DNA of 64,000 nt, taken from Candidatus Sysuimicrobiota bacterium. Its GTDB lineage: Bacteria; Sysuimicrobiota; Sysuimicrobiia; Sysuimicrobiales; Sysuimicrobiaceae. Position 1 is the stretch's first letter. Each line of letters begins with the position of its first letter. Below the pieces are notes generated by a model. The model worked only from the letters and a program-made list of their open reading frames with translations, did not search any database and was not told the DNA's origin. This document shows positions 10,394 to 19,440 of this stretch, piece after piece. Position numbers and translations under genes: made by a program. The stretch covers positions 11,111 through 75,110 of the forward strand of contig PSLI01000004.1 of assembly GCA_040289515.1 (NCBI GenBank), written 5' to 3'.

Positions 10394-10738
10394 ATGATCT
10401 TCCTGCAGGCCCAGGGTGCGCAGGGACAGACCGGCCTCCTGCCCACCCTGGTGGTGTGGGCGCTGTTGCTGGTGATGTTCTACGTCCTCCTGATCCGCCC
10501 GCAGCAACAACAGCAGAAGCGGCGGAGGGAGATGTTGAGCAAACTGCGCAAGGGCGACCGGGTGGTCACCGTGGGCGGGCTGCACGCCACCATCACGGAT
10601 GTGCAGGACGACGTGCTGACTCTGGAGCTAGCGCCCAACGTCCGGGTGCGGGCGGACCGCACCGCGGTGGCGTCCGTGCGGAGCCGGCGCCCGGAGGCGG
10701 AAGGTAAGGAGCGGGAGGCCAAGGCCAAATCAGGGTAG
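10394..10738 (+). CDS. yajC: Preprotein translocase subunit YajC
   Basis: Single TM helix plus KGDRVVTVGGLHATI motif. Confidence 0.85.
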   Translation: MIFLQAQGAQGQTGLLPTLVVWALLLVMFYVLLIRPQQQQQKRRREMLSKLRKGDRVVTVGGLHATITDVQDDVLTLELAPNVRVRADRTAVASVRSRRPEAEGKEREAKAKSG

Positions 10739-10765
10739 AGGACCTGGCGGATTCGGGGGTGCGGG

Positions 10766-12031
10766 ATGTCGGTGGTACTAGAGGCCGAGCAGGAGAACCC
10801 CTTCGAGGCGGTCTGCCGGTGGATCGACCGGGCCTCCGCCCTCCTCGGCTACGATGAGTCCACCAGCAAGCCGTTAAAACACCCGCGGCGGTGCGTCGTG
10901 GTCTCCCTACCCGTGGAGATGGACGACGGGCGGGTGGAGGTCTTCACGGGCTACCGGGTGCAGTACGACACCGCGCGGGGGCCGTGCAAGGGGGGGGTGC
11001 GGTACCACCCCAACGTGAATCTGGATGAGATGAAGGCCCTGGCCGCGTACATGTCCATCAAGTGTGCGGTGGTGGATATCCCCTTCGGGGGTGGCAAGGG
11101 CGGGGTGGCCTGCGACCCTGCGCGCCTGTCGCACCGGGAGCTGGAGCGCATCACGCGCCGGTACACTGCGGAGATCTTTGACATCATCGGGCCCGATAAG
11201 GACATCCCCGCGCCCGACGTGGGCACCAACGCCCAGGTCATGGCGTGGATCATGGACACCATCTCCATGAAGCGGGGCTACCTGGAGCCTGGTACGGTCA
11301 CGGGCAAGCCCATTCCCCTGGGCGGCTCCCGGGGTCGGGAAGAGGCCACAGGCCGCGGCATCCTGGTGGTGGCCCGGGAGGCGTTCGCGCACCTGGACCT
11401 GTCCCTGGAGGGGGCGCGGGTGGTGGTGCAGGGCTTCGGCAACGTGGGCTACCACACCGCGCGCCTGCTGCACGAGGCCGGGGCCCGGGTGGTGGCGGTG
11501 AGCGACGTGCACGGGGGCATCTACCATCCGGACGGCCTCGTGCCCCGGCTGGTGCGGGAACACCTGGATCGGACGGGCAGCGTGGTCGGCTATCCCGGCA
11601 GCCGGACCCTGACCAACGCGGAGCTGTTGGAGCTAGAGTGCGACCTGCTCGTGCCCGCGGCCATCGAGAACCAGATCACCCGCCACAACGCCCACGCCGT
11701 CCGCGCGCGGGTGCTGGTGGAGGGAGCCAACGGGCCCACCACCCCGCAGGCGGACGAGATCCTGCGGCGGCGGGGCGTGTTCGTGGTGCCCGACGTCCTG
11801 GCCAACGCGGGTGGGGTGGTGGTGAGCTACTTCGAGTGGGTGCAGGACCGCTACGGGTACTTCTGGCGGGAAGACCAGGTGCGCAGCCGGCTAGAAGACA
11901 AGATGCGGCAGGCCTTCCGGGACGTGCTGGCGCTGGCAACCCAGCTGGGTGTGGACCTCCGCACGGGTGCTTTCTGCCTGGGAGTTCAGCGGATCGTGGA
12001 GGCCCGCCGGCTGAGGGGTCTGTATGCCTGA
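10766..12031 (+). CDS. gdhA: Glutamate dehydrogenase (Glu/Leu/Phe/Val dehydrogenase family)
   Basis: FGGGKGGVACDP and GFGNVG motifs. 421 aa. Confidence 0.9.
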   Translation: MSVVLEAEQENPFEAVCRWIDRASALLGYDESTSKPLKHPRRCVVVSLPVEMDDGRVEVFTGYRVQYDTARGPCKGGVRYHPNVNLDEMKALAAYMSIKCAVVDIPFGGGKGGVACDPARLSHRELERITRRYTAEIFDIIGPDKDIPAPDVGTNAQVMAWIMDTISMKRGYLEPGTVTGKPIPLGGSRGREEATGRGILVVAREAFAHLDLSLEGARVVVQGFGNVGYHTARLLHEAGARVVAVSDVHGGIYHPDGLVPRLVREHLDRTGSVVGYPGSRTLTNAELLELECDLLVPAAIENQITRHNAHAVRARVLVEGANGPTTPQADEILRRRGVFVVPDVLANAGGVVVSYFEWVQDRYGYFWREDQVRSRLEDKMRQAFRDVLALATQLGVDLRTGAFCLGVQRIVEARRLRGLYA

Positions 12032-12716
12032 ACCCAGCCCCACCCTAGCGCCCGGCCGGGTCACGGTGGAGGTGGTCAAGCAGGACCCCGAGGTGGCCGC
12101 CTACGTGGAGCGGGCCAACGAGTCCCTGGGCGTGCTGGGCTACACCGAGCACGGGGTCCGCCACGCGTCCCTGACCAGCCGCATCGCCTACAACATCCTG
12201 CGGCGGCTGGGCTACCCCGAGCGGGAGTGCGAGCTGGCCGCCATCGCCGCGTACCTGCACGACATCGGCAACCTCGTGAGCCGCCTCAACCACGAGCACA
12301 CGGGTGCCCTTCTGGCGGGCGCCATTCTGCAGCGGCTGGGCATGGACGCCGCAGAGCGGGCGGTGGTCATGAGCGCCATCGGCAACCACGAGGAGTCCCA
12401 CGGGCAGCCCGTCAGTGCGGTGGGGGCCGCGGTGATCCTGGCGGACAAGTCGGACGTGCACCGCAGCCGGGTCCGCAATCCCGATCCCGCCACCTTTGAC
12501 ATTCACGACCGGGTGAACTACGCGGTGGAGCACTCTTTTTTGCGGGTGGACGAGCGGACCAAGGAGATCACCCTGGAGCTCACCATCAACACGGACAAGG
12601 CCCCCGTCATGGAGTACTTCGAGATCTTTCTGTCCCGGATGGTCATGTGTCGGCGGGCCGCGGAGCACCTGGGCTGCGCCTTCAAGCTGCAGATCAACGG
12701 GGTGCGGTTCCTGTAG
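12024..12716 (+). CDS. HD-domain metal-dependent phosphohydrolase
   Basis: HASL...LHDIGN HD motif. Overlaps the gdh stop by 8 nt. Confidence 0.7.
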   Translation: MPEPSPTLAPGRVTVEVVKQDPEVAAYVERANESLGVLGYTEHGVRHASLTSRIAYNILRRLGYPERECELAAIAAYLHDIGNLVSRLNHEHTGALLAGAILQRLGMDAAERAVVMSAIGNHEESHGQPVSAVGAAVILADKSDVHRSRVRNPDPATFDIHDRVNYAVEHSFLRVDERTKEITLELTINTDKAPVMEYFEIFLSRMVMCRRAAEHLGCAFKLQINGVRFL

Positions 12717-12789
12717 CTGCTGAGGTCTGCGCGGCCGCGGCAGGTTTGACGGTCCCCCCGCAGAGGGCTATCCTCGACGCGGAGCCGCC

Positions 12790-14088
12790 ATGATCATCCT
12801 CTGCGTGGGCACCAGCCACCGGACGGCACCCGTGGAGGTGCGGGAGCGCGTGGCGTTCCCGGAGAGCCGCCTGGGGGTGGCTTCCGCGCTCCTCCGGGGC
12901 CGCGATGGGCTGCACGAGGCGGTCGTTCTGTCCACCTGTAACCGCACGGAGGCGTACGTGGTGGCTGAGGAGGCTTGCGCGGGAACCCGGGCGGTCCTGG
13001 ATTTCTGGGGTGACTACCACGGGCTTCTCCCACAGGAAATGGAGCCATACGTGTACGCCTTGGTGGGTCCGGACGCGGTCCGCCACGTGTTCCGGGTGGC
13101 TGCGGGGCTGGACTCCATGATGGTGGGTGAGGTGCAGATTCTGGGGCAGGTGCGGGAGGCGTTCCGCGCCGCCCGCACCGCGCGGGCCACCGGCCCCCTG
13201 CTGGACGCCCTGTTCCGGCATGCCATCGCCGCGGGCCGCCGGGTCCGCCAGCAGACGGGAATTGAGCGTGGTTCCCTCTCGGTGCCGCAGGCTGCGGTGC
13301 AGCTCGCTCAGCAGCTGCTGGGGGGGTTGGAGGGTCGGCAGGTGCTGGTCCTGGGCGCCGGGGAGATGGCGGAGCTCACCGTGCGCCACCTGGTGGAGGC
13401 GGGCTGCGGGGGCGTGGTGGTGTGCAACCGCACCCTGGAGCACGCGCGGCCGGTGGCAGAGCGGCTGGGAGGGGTGGCGGTCCGGTTCGATGAGCTGAGC
13501 TGCTACCTGAGCCGGGTGGACATCGTGGTCACGTCCACCGCGGCGCCGCACCCGGTGGTGGAACCCGAGCTGGTGGTGCAGGCGCTCGCGGGCCGCCGCG
13601 AGCCCCTGGTGTTCGTGGACATCGCGGTCCCCCGGGATGTCCACCCCGCGGTGGGCCAGCTGCCCGGGGTGCGGCTGTTCAACGTGGACGACCTGCAGGC
13701 CGTAAGCGAGGCCACCCGCCAGGCCCGGCAGGCGGAGGTGATGCAGGCAGAGCGCATCGTGGCGGAGGAAACGGAACGGTTTTTCGGCTGGCTACGATCC
13801 TTGAAGGTGGTCCCCCTCATCACCGCCCTGAGGGCCCGCGCGGAGGCGGTGGCGGAGGAGGAGTGGCGGAGGGCGTTGCCGCGGCTGCAGGGGCTGACGC
13901 ACGAGGAGCGGGAGGCGGTGCGGGCCCTAGTGCACGCGGTGGTGAACCGGCTGCTGCACGGGCCCATCGTGCGCCTCAAGGAGATCGCCCGGCGGGAGGA
14001 GCCGGTTTACGTGGAAGCCGCCCGGACCCTGCTGGGGTTCGAGGAGGAGGGGGTCCGGGCTGCCGCGGAATCTGAAGCAGGCCGTTGA
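12790..14088 (+). CDS. hemA: Glutamyl-tRNA reductase
   Basis: LSTCNRTE motif and NAD-binding GAGEMAE. Confidence 0.9.
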   Translation: MIILCVGTSHRTAPVEVRERVAFPESRLGVASALLRGRDGLHEAVVLSTCNRTEAYVVAEEACAGTRAVLDFWGDYHGLLPQEMEPYVYALVGPDAVRHVFRVAAGLDSMMVGEVQILGQVREAFRAARTARATGPLLDALFRHAIAAGRRVRQQTGIERGSLSVPQAAVQLAQQLLGGLEGRQVLVLGAGEMAELTVRHLVEAGCGGVVVCNRTLEHARPVAERLGGVAVRFDELSCYLSRVDIVVTSTAAPHPVVEPELVVQALAGRREPLVFVDIAVPRDVHPAVGQLPGVRLFNVDDLQAVSEATRQARQAEVMQAERIVAEETERFFGWLRSLKVVPLITALRARAEAVAEEEWRRALPRLQGLTHEEREAVRALVHAVVNRLLHGPIVRLKEIARREEPVYVEAARTLLGFEEEGVRAAAESEAGR

Positions 14089-15008
14089 CCCTGCGCGTTG
14101 GCACCCGAGCGAGCTCCCTCAGCCGCCTCCAGACGGACTGGGTCCTCAAGCAGCTACGATCCCTGGACCCGCGCGTGCGGTTCTCCGTGCTGCCCGTGCG
14201 CACCGCAGGAGACCGATCCGCTCGGCCCATCCCCGAGCTGGGCGGTGCCGGATGGTTCACGAAGGAGCTGGAACGCGCCCTGCTGGACGGCGTGGTGGAC
14301 CTGGTGGTGCACAGCCTGAAAGACTTGCCCACGGAGCCTACACCCGGGCTGGTGGTAGCCGCCGTGCCGCCCCGGGAGGACCCCAGGGATGCCCTGGTGG
14401 GTGCGTGGCCCAGCCTGGACGACCTGCCGGCGCAATCCCGTGTGGGGACCTCAAGCCCCCGGCGGAAGGCGCAGCTGCTGGCGTACCGCCACGACGTACA
14501 GGTCGTTCCCCTGCGCGGCAACGTGGACACCCGGTTGCGGAAGGTGGCTTTTGGGGAACCGAGCGCCGCGGTGCTGGCCGCCGCGGGCCTAGTGCGGGGC
14601 GGCTGGCAGGATCACATCCGTCAGCTCCTGGACCCGGACGTGATCCTGCCGGCACCCGGACAGGGGGCGCTGGCCGTCCAGGTGCGGGAGGCAGACCGGG
14701 CGCTGGTTGACCTCGTGGCCGGGCTGGACCACCCGCCCACGCACGCCGCCGTGCGGGCGGAGCGGGCATTCCTGAGGGCGTTGGGTGGCGGGTGCAGCTT
14801 GCCCGCGGCTGCCCTGGCGGAATTTCAGGAGGGGCGGCTGCGGCTGCGGGTTCGGGTGCTGTCGGAGGACGGCAGCCGTCAGGTGTCGGTGCAGCGCGAG
14901 GGCTCTTTGGACGAGCCGGAACGGTTGGGACAGCAAGCCGCAGCAGAGGTTCGTCCGTTTTTGGCCCTGGTGGGAGGCACGCGGTGGGTGCGCAGCGAGC
15001 CCCGCTAG
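14085..15008 (+). CDS. hemC: Hydroxymethylbilane synthase (porphobilinogen deaminase)
   Basis: LRVGTRASSLSRLQ start. TTG start overlaps the hemA stop. Confidence 0.9.
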   Translation: MTLRVGTRASSLSRLQTDWVLKQLRSLDPRVRFSVLPVRTAGDRSARPIPELGGAGWFTKELERALLDGVVDLVVHSLKDLPTEPTPGLVVAAVPPREDPRDALVGAWPSLDDLPAQSRVGTSSPRRKAQLLAYRHDVQVVPLRGNVDTRLRKVAFGEPSAAVLAAAGLVRGGWQDHIRQLLDPDVILPAPGQGALAVQVREADRALVDLVAGLDHPPTHAAVRAERAFLRALGGGCSLPAAALAEFQEGRLRLRVRVLSEDGSRQVSVQREGSLDEPERLGQQAAAEVRPFLALVGGTRWVRSEPR

Positions 15009-15769
15009 AGGGCCGCACGGTGCTGGTCACCCGACCCCAGGATCAGGCGCAGGGGCTACGGACAGCCCTGCAGGCTCTGGGGGCCACGGTGCACGCGGTG
15101 CCCGTGATCCGGATTCGCGCCCTGGAGGACCCAGGTGCGCTGCGCCGCGCCGCGAGCCAGCTGGGGACCTATCACTGGCTGGTGTTCACCAGCCGGAACG
15201 GTGTCTTTGCCCTCGCGGAGCAGCTGCCTTCCCCGGAGCCGCTGCCCGAGGGCGTGCGGGTGGCGTGCATCGGTCCGGCTACCGCGGAAGCCGTCCGGCA
15301 GCTGGGCTGGCCCGTGCACCTGCAGCCCAGCCAGTACGTGGCAGAGTCCCTGGTGGAGGCCTTCCAGGAGGTGGGGATGGGTGGCCGCCGGGTTCTCCTG
15401 GTTCGCGCACAGGAGGCGCGGGGCGCCCTACCCGAGGGCCTGCGCCGCCTGGGAGCCCAGGTGGAGGTGGTCTGCGCGTACCGCACGGAGCCTGCGTACA
15501 ATGAAGCGGGGCGCCTACAGGAGGTGCTGCGGCAGGGTGTGGACGTGACTACTTTCTGCAGCCCTTCCGCGGTGCGGGCCGCGGTGCAGCTGTGCGGGGG
15601 GGCAACGCTGCTCCTTGAGGCTGTGCCCGCGGTGTGCATCGGTCCGGTGACCGCCTCCGCCGCGCTTCGGGCGGGACTCCGGGTTGCGGCGGTAGCGCAC
15701 CCGCACACCCAGGAGGGGCTCGTGGAGGCGGTGGTACGTTTCGTGCGGGGACAAGGGGGGCAACCGTGA
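14984..15769 (+). CDS. hemD: Uroporphyrinogen-III synthase
   Basis: GRTVLVTRPQDQA...LVFTSRNGV. GTG 14984 overlaps the hemC 3' end. Start approximate. Confidence 0.7.
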   Translation: MGAQRAPLEGRTVLVTRPQDQAQGLRTALQALGATVHAVPVIRIRALEDPGALRRAASQLGTYHWLVFTSRNGVFALAEQLPSPEPLPEGVRVACIGPATAEAVRQLGWPVHLQPSQYVAESLVEAFQEVGMGGRRVLLVRAQEARGALPEGLRRLGAQVEVVCAYRTEPAYNEAGRLQEVLRQGVDVTTFCSPSAVRAAVQLCGGATLLLEAVPAVCIGPVTASAALRAGLRVAAVAHPHTQEGLVEAVVRFVRGQGGQP

Positions 15770-16746
15770 GCTTTCCCGCATACCGGAGCCGACGGTTGCG
15801 GCGCACGGAGGCACTCCGGCGCCTGTCCCGGGAGGTGGAGCTATCTAGCTCCCACCTCATCGCGCCCCTGTTCGTCAAGGAGGGCATCCCGAACCCCGTG
15901 CCCATCCCCTCCCTGCCGGGTCAGGTGCAGCACACCCTGTCCAGTCTCGTGCAGGAGGTGGGCGAGCTGGTGGAGCTGGGGGTAGGTGCGGTGATCCTGT
16001 TCGGGATCCCTGCCCACAAGGACCCGGTGGGAAGCGGTGCCTGGGACGACCAGGGGATCGTGCAGCGGGCCCTGCGGGCGCTGCGGTCGGAGTTCCAAGA
16101 CCGCGTGGTGCTGATGGCGGACCTGTGCCTGTGCGAGTACACCAACCACGGACACTGTGGGGTCCTGGCGGACGGCCCGGAGACGGTGGACAACGACCGC
16201 ACCCTGGAGCTGTACGCCCGCATCGCGACCAGCCAGGCCCGCGCGGGCGCGGACGTCATCGCGCCCAGCGGGGTGATGGACGGCCAGGTGGCCGCCATCC
16301 GCCGGGCCCTCGATGAGACGGGGTTCTCTCAGGTGGCCATCGTAAGCTACGCCGCCAAGTTTGCTTCGGCCTTCTACGGGCCGTTCCGGGAGGCCGCGGA
16401 GTCCGCGCCACGCTTTGGACACCGCCGAGCTTACCAGCTTGAGCCGGTCAACCTGCGGGCGGCGCTGCGCCGGGTGGCGGAGGAGGTGCAGGAGGGCGCG
16501 GACGCCGTGATGGTCAAGCCCGCCCTCCCGTACCTGGACGTGCTGCGGGAGGTGCGTCGACGCTTTTTCGTGCCCGTGGCCGCCTACTGCGTGAGCGGGG
16601 AGTACGCCATGGTGCACGCCGCGGCGCAGCGGGGCTGGCTGGATCTGGAATCTGCCATGATGGAGGTCCTGCTGTCCGTGCGGCGGGCGGGCGCGGATTG
16701 GATCCTCACGTACTTCGCCAAGGACGCGGCGCGGCACCTGCGGTGA
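15766..16746 (+). CDS. hemB: Porphobilinogen synthase (ALA dehydratase)
   Basis: GTG overlaps the hemD stop. Active-site lysine region PSGVMDG and CLCEYTNHGHCG. Confidence 0.9.
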   Translation: MSFPAYRSRRLRRTEALRRLSREVELSSSHLIAPLFVKEGIPNPVPIPSLPGQVQHTLSSLVQEVGELVELGVGAVILFGIPAHKDPVGSGAWDDQGIVQRALRALRSEFQDRVVLMADLCLCEYTNHGHCGVLADGPETVDNDRTLELYARIATSQARAGADVIAPSGVMDGQVAAIRRALDETGFSQVAIVSYAAKFASAFYGPFREAAESAPRFGHRRAYQLEPVNLRAALRRVAEEVQEGADAVMVKPALPYLDVLREVRRRFFVPVAAYCVSGEYAMVHAAAQRGWLDLESAMMEVLLSVRRAGADWILTYFAKDAARHLR

Positions 16747-18026
16747 GGCTGTCCTCCGAAGCCTTGTTCCAGCGGGCGCGGCAGGTGATGCCGGGGGGTG
16801 TCAGCAGCCCCGTGCGCGCCTTCCGCGCGGTAGGGGGCACGCCGCCGTTTTCGGTGCGAGGGATGGGCGCGTATGTGGTGGACGTGGAGGGCCGCCGCTA
16901 CGTGGACTGCGTGGGCTCGTGGGGTGCGCTGATCTTGGGCCACGCCCACCCCGCGGTGGTGCAGGCCGCGCAGGCGGCGGTGGCGGACGGCAGTAGCTTC
17001 GGGGCACCCACCCCGTGGGAGGTAGAGTTCTGTGAGCGCCTGTGCCGGGCCATCCCGGGCATGGAGCGGGTGCGGCTCGTGAACTCGGGTACCGAGGCGG
17101 TGATGAGCGCCGTGCGGGTGGCTCGCGCGGCCACGGGCCGTGAGGGGATCGTGAAGTTCGACGGGGGCTACCACGGGCACACAGACGCCCTCCTGGTGCA
17201 GGCGGGCTCCGGGGCGGCCACGTTCGGCGTGCCCGACAGCGCGGGCGTACCCGCCTCCGCGGTGCGGGCCTCCTTCTCCCTGCCGTGCAACGACCTGGAG
17301 GCGGCCCAGGCCCTGTTCCGGCATCGGGGCCACGAGATCGCGGCGGTCCTGGTGGAGCCCGTGGCGGGCAACATGGGGACGGTGGCCCCTCGGCCCGAGT
17401 TTCTGCAGGGGCTGCGCGCGCTCATCCAAGAGTACGGTGCGCTGCTGGTGCTGGAGGAGGTCATCACAGGCTTCCGCCTGCGCTCCGGGGCGGCGCAGGA
17501 CCTGTTTGGCGTGCGGGCCGACCTTGCGTGCTTGGGCAAGGTCATCGGCGGTGGGTTTCCCCTGGCCGCGTACGGGGGCAGGGCGGACCTCATGGGCTTG
17601 GTGGCCCCGGAGGGCCCCGTGTACCAGGCCGGAACCCTGTCGGGCAACCCTGTGGCCGTGCGGGCGGGCCTGGCCACCCTCCAGCAGCTGGAAGACGGAG
17701 GGGTGTACGGGCGGTTGGAGCAGCATGGTCGGATGCTGGAGGAGGGGCTGCAGGAGGCCGCCCGCAGGGCGGCTGTAGCCGTGCAGGTGAACCGCGTGGG
17801 CTCCATGCTGACGGTGTTTTTCTGCGCGCACCCGGTGGTGGACTTCGCCACGGCCCGGAAGTCCGACGGGGCCCGGTTCGCCCGCTTCTTCCACGCCATG
17901 CTGGAACGGGGGGTGTACCTGCCCCCCTCACCCTTCGAGTCGTGGTTCTTGTCCGCGGTCCACGGGACCCGGGAGGTGGCCCACATCCTGGCGGCCTCGC
18001 AGGAGGCGTTCCGGGAGGCGGCATGA
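16743..18026 (+). CDS. hemL: Glutamate-1-semialdehyde 2,1-aminomutase
   Basis: SEALFQRARQVMPGGVSSPVRAF. GTG overlaps the hemB stop. Confidence 0.9.
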   Translation: MRLSSEALFQRARQVMPGGVSSPVRAFRAVGGTPPFSVRGMGAYVVDVEGRRYVDCVGSWGALILGHAHPAVVQAAQAAVADGSSFGAPTPWEVEFCERLCRAIPGMERVRLVNSGTEAVMSAVRVARAATGREGIVKFDGGYHGHTDALLVQAGSGAATFGVPDSAGVPASAVRASFSLPCNDLEAAQALFRHRGHEIAAVLVEPVAGNMGTVAPRPEFLQGLRALIQEYGALLVLEEVITGFRLRSGAAQDLFGVRADLACLGKVIGGGFPLAAYGGRADLMGLVAPEGPVYQAGTLSGNPVAVRAGLATLQQLEDGGVYGRLEQHGRMLEEGLQEAARRAAVAVQVNRVGSMLTVFFCAHPVVDFATARKSDGARFARFFHAMLERGVYLPPSPFESWFLSAVHGTREVAHILAASQEAFREAA

Positions 18027-18763
18027 GCGGACAGGTGCTGGTGGTGATGCCCCTGTACAACGAGGAGGCCACCGTGGAGGAGGTCCTCCAGGCGGTGTTG
18101 CGCTATGCGCCGCCGGGCGCGGACGTACTGGTGGTGGACGACGGGTCCACGGACCGGTCCCCGGAAATCCTGGCGCGCTTCCCCCAGGTGAAGGTGATCC
18201 GCCACCCGGAGAACCGCGGCTACGGCGCGTCCTTAATCGATGGGTTCCGCTATGCCCTGGAGAGGGGCTACGAGGTGGTGGTTACCGTGGACTGCGACGC
18301 CCAGCACGAACCCTACCTCATCCCGGACCTGCTGAGCGCTTTGGAGAACGCGGAGATCGCCTCCGGGAGTCGCTACCTGCCCGGGTCCTCCCGCGGCCAG
18401 GAGCCTCCGCCGGACCGGGTGCGCATCAACCGGGAGGTGACGCAGCGGGTGAACGCCCTCACGGGCTACCAGCTCACCGACGCCTTCTGCGGCTTCAAGG
18501 CGTACCGGGCGGAGGCCCTGCGCCGGCTGCAGCTGGACGAACCCTCGTACGGGATGCCGCTGCAAGTGTGGGTGCAGGCGGCCCGGTGGGGGCTGCGCGT
18601 GCGGGAGATCCCCATCGGTCGCATTTACAAGAACCCGCACCGACGCTTCTGGGGAGGGCTGGACGATCCCGAGGTGCGGCTGCGCTACTACCTGCAGGTG
18701 CTGGAGCGGGAGGCCTCCCGCTGGCTGCGCCAGCCCACCTGCTCGGGGGAGGGAGGTCCGTGA
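18023..18763 (+). CDS. Family-2 glycosyltransferase (DPM1/GtrB-like, polyprenyl-phosphate sugar transferase type)
   Basis: MPLYNEE, VVDDGSTDRS, NRGYG, DCD motifs. ATG overlaps the hemL stop as ATGA. Confidence 0.8.
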   Translation: MSGQVLVVMPLYNEEATVEEVLQAVLRYAPPGADVLVVDDGSTDRSPEILARFPQVKVIRHPENRGYGASLIDGFRYALERGYEVVVTVDCDAQHEPYLIPDLLSALENAEIASGSRYLPGSSRGQEPPPDRVRINREVTQRVNALTGYQLTDAFCGFKAYRAEALRRLQLDEPSYGMPLQVWVQAARWGLRVREIPIGRIYKNPHRRFWGGLDDPEVRLRYYLQVLEREASRWLRQPTCSGEGGP

Positions 18764-19440
18764 GGACGATCCTGGTCCTTGCCCCGCACCCGGACGACGC
18801 GGAGATCGCCATGGGCGGCACCATGGCGGTCCTGGTGGCGCAGGGCTGGCGGGTGGTGATGTGCGACCTGACGGACGGTGAACCCACCCCCGTGGGGACA
18901 CCCGAGCGCAGACGCCAGGAGGCGGAGCAGGCGGCCCGCATCCTCGGGGTGGAGCGTCAGATCCTGGACCTGCCAAACCGTTTCCTGCTGGACGGGGTGG
19001 AGGCCCGCAAGAAGGTGGCCGCGGTGATCCGCGCGGTGCGGCCGGAGTGGCTGTTTGTGCCGTACTGGGAGGACGCACACCCTGACCACGTGCAGGCCGC
19101 AGCCCTGTGCGAGGCGGCACGGTTTTACGCCAAGCTCACCCACACGGACGTCCCGGGAGAGCCGTGGTACCCGCACCGCGTGGTGCACTTCTTCTCCACC
19201 CACTACCGAATGGTTCGCCGTCCCTCCTTCGTGTTCGACATCAGCGACACCCTGGAGCGCAAAATGGAAAGCCTTCGCGCGTACGAGAGCCAGTTCGGAC
19301 CCGAGCGGGGCAAGCAGGCAGTTCTGGAGGCGGTGCTCCACGCGGCTCGCTACTTCGGTTCCCTCGTGGGCGTCCTGTACGGGGAGCCCTTCCTGCTGCG
19401 GGAGGAGCTCGGGGTGCGAAATCTGGAGGCACTGGTGTGA
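18760..19440 (+). CDS. bshB: PIG-L/LmbE-family N-acetylglucosaminyl deacetylase, BshB1-like
   Basis: HPDDAEIAMGGT, CDLTDGE, AHPDH and AYESQF motifs parallel bacillithiol BshB1. GTG overlaps the GT2 stop. Confidence 0.7.
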   Translation: MRTILVLAPHPDDAEIAMGGTMAVLVAQGWRVVMCDLTDGEPTPVGTPERRRQEAEQAARILGVERQILDLPNRFLLDGVEARKKVAAVIRAVRPEWLFVPYWEDAHPDHVQAAALCEAARFYAKLTHTDVPGEPWYPHRVVHFFSTHYRMVRRPSFVFDISDTLERKMESLRAYESQFGPERGKQAVLEAVLHAARYFGSLVGVLYGEPFLLREELGVRNLEALV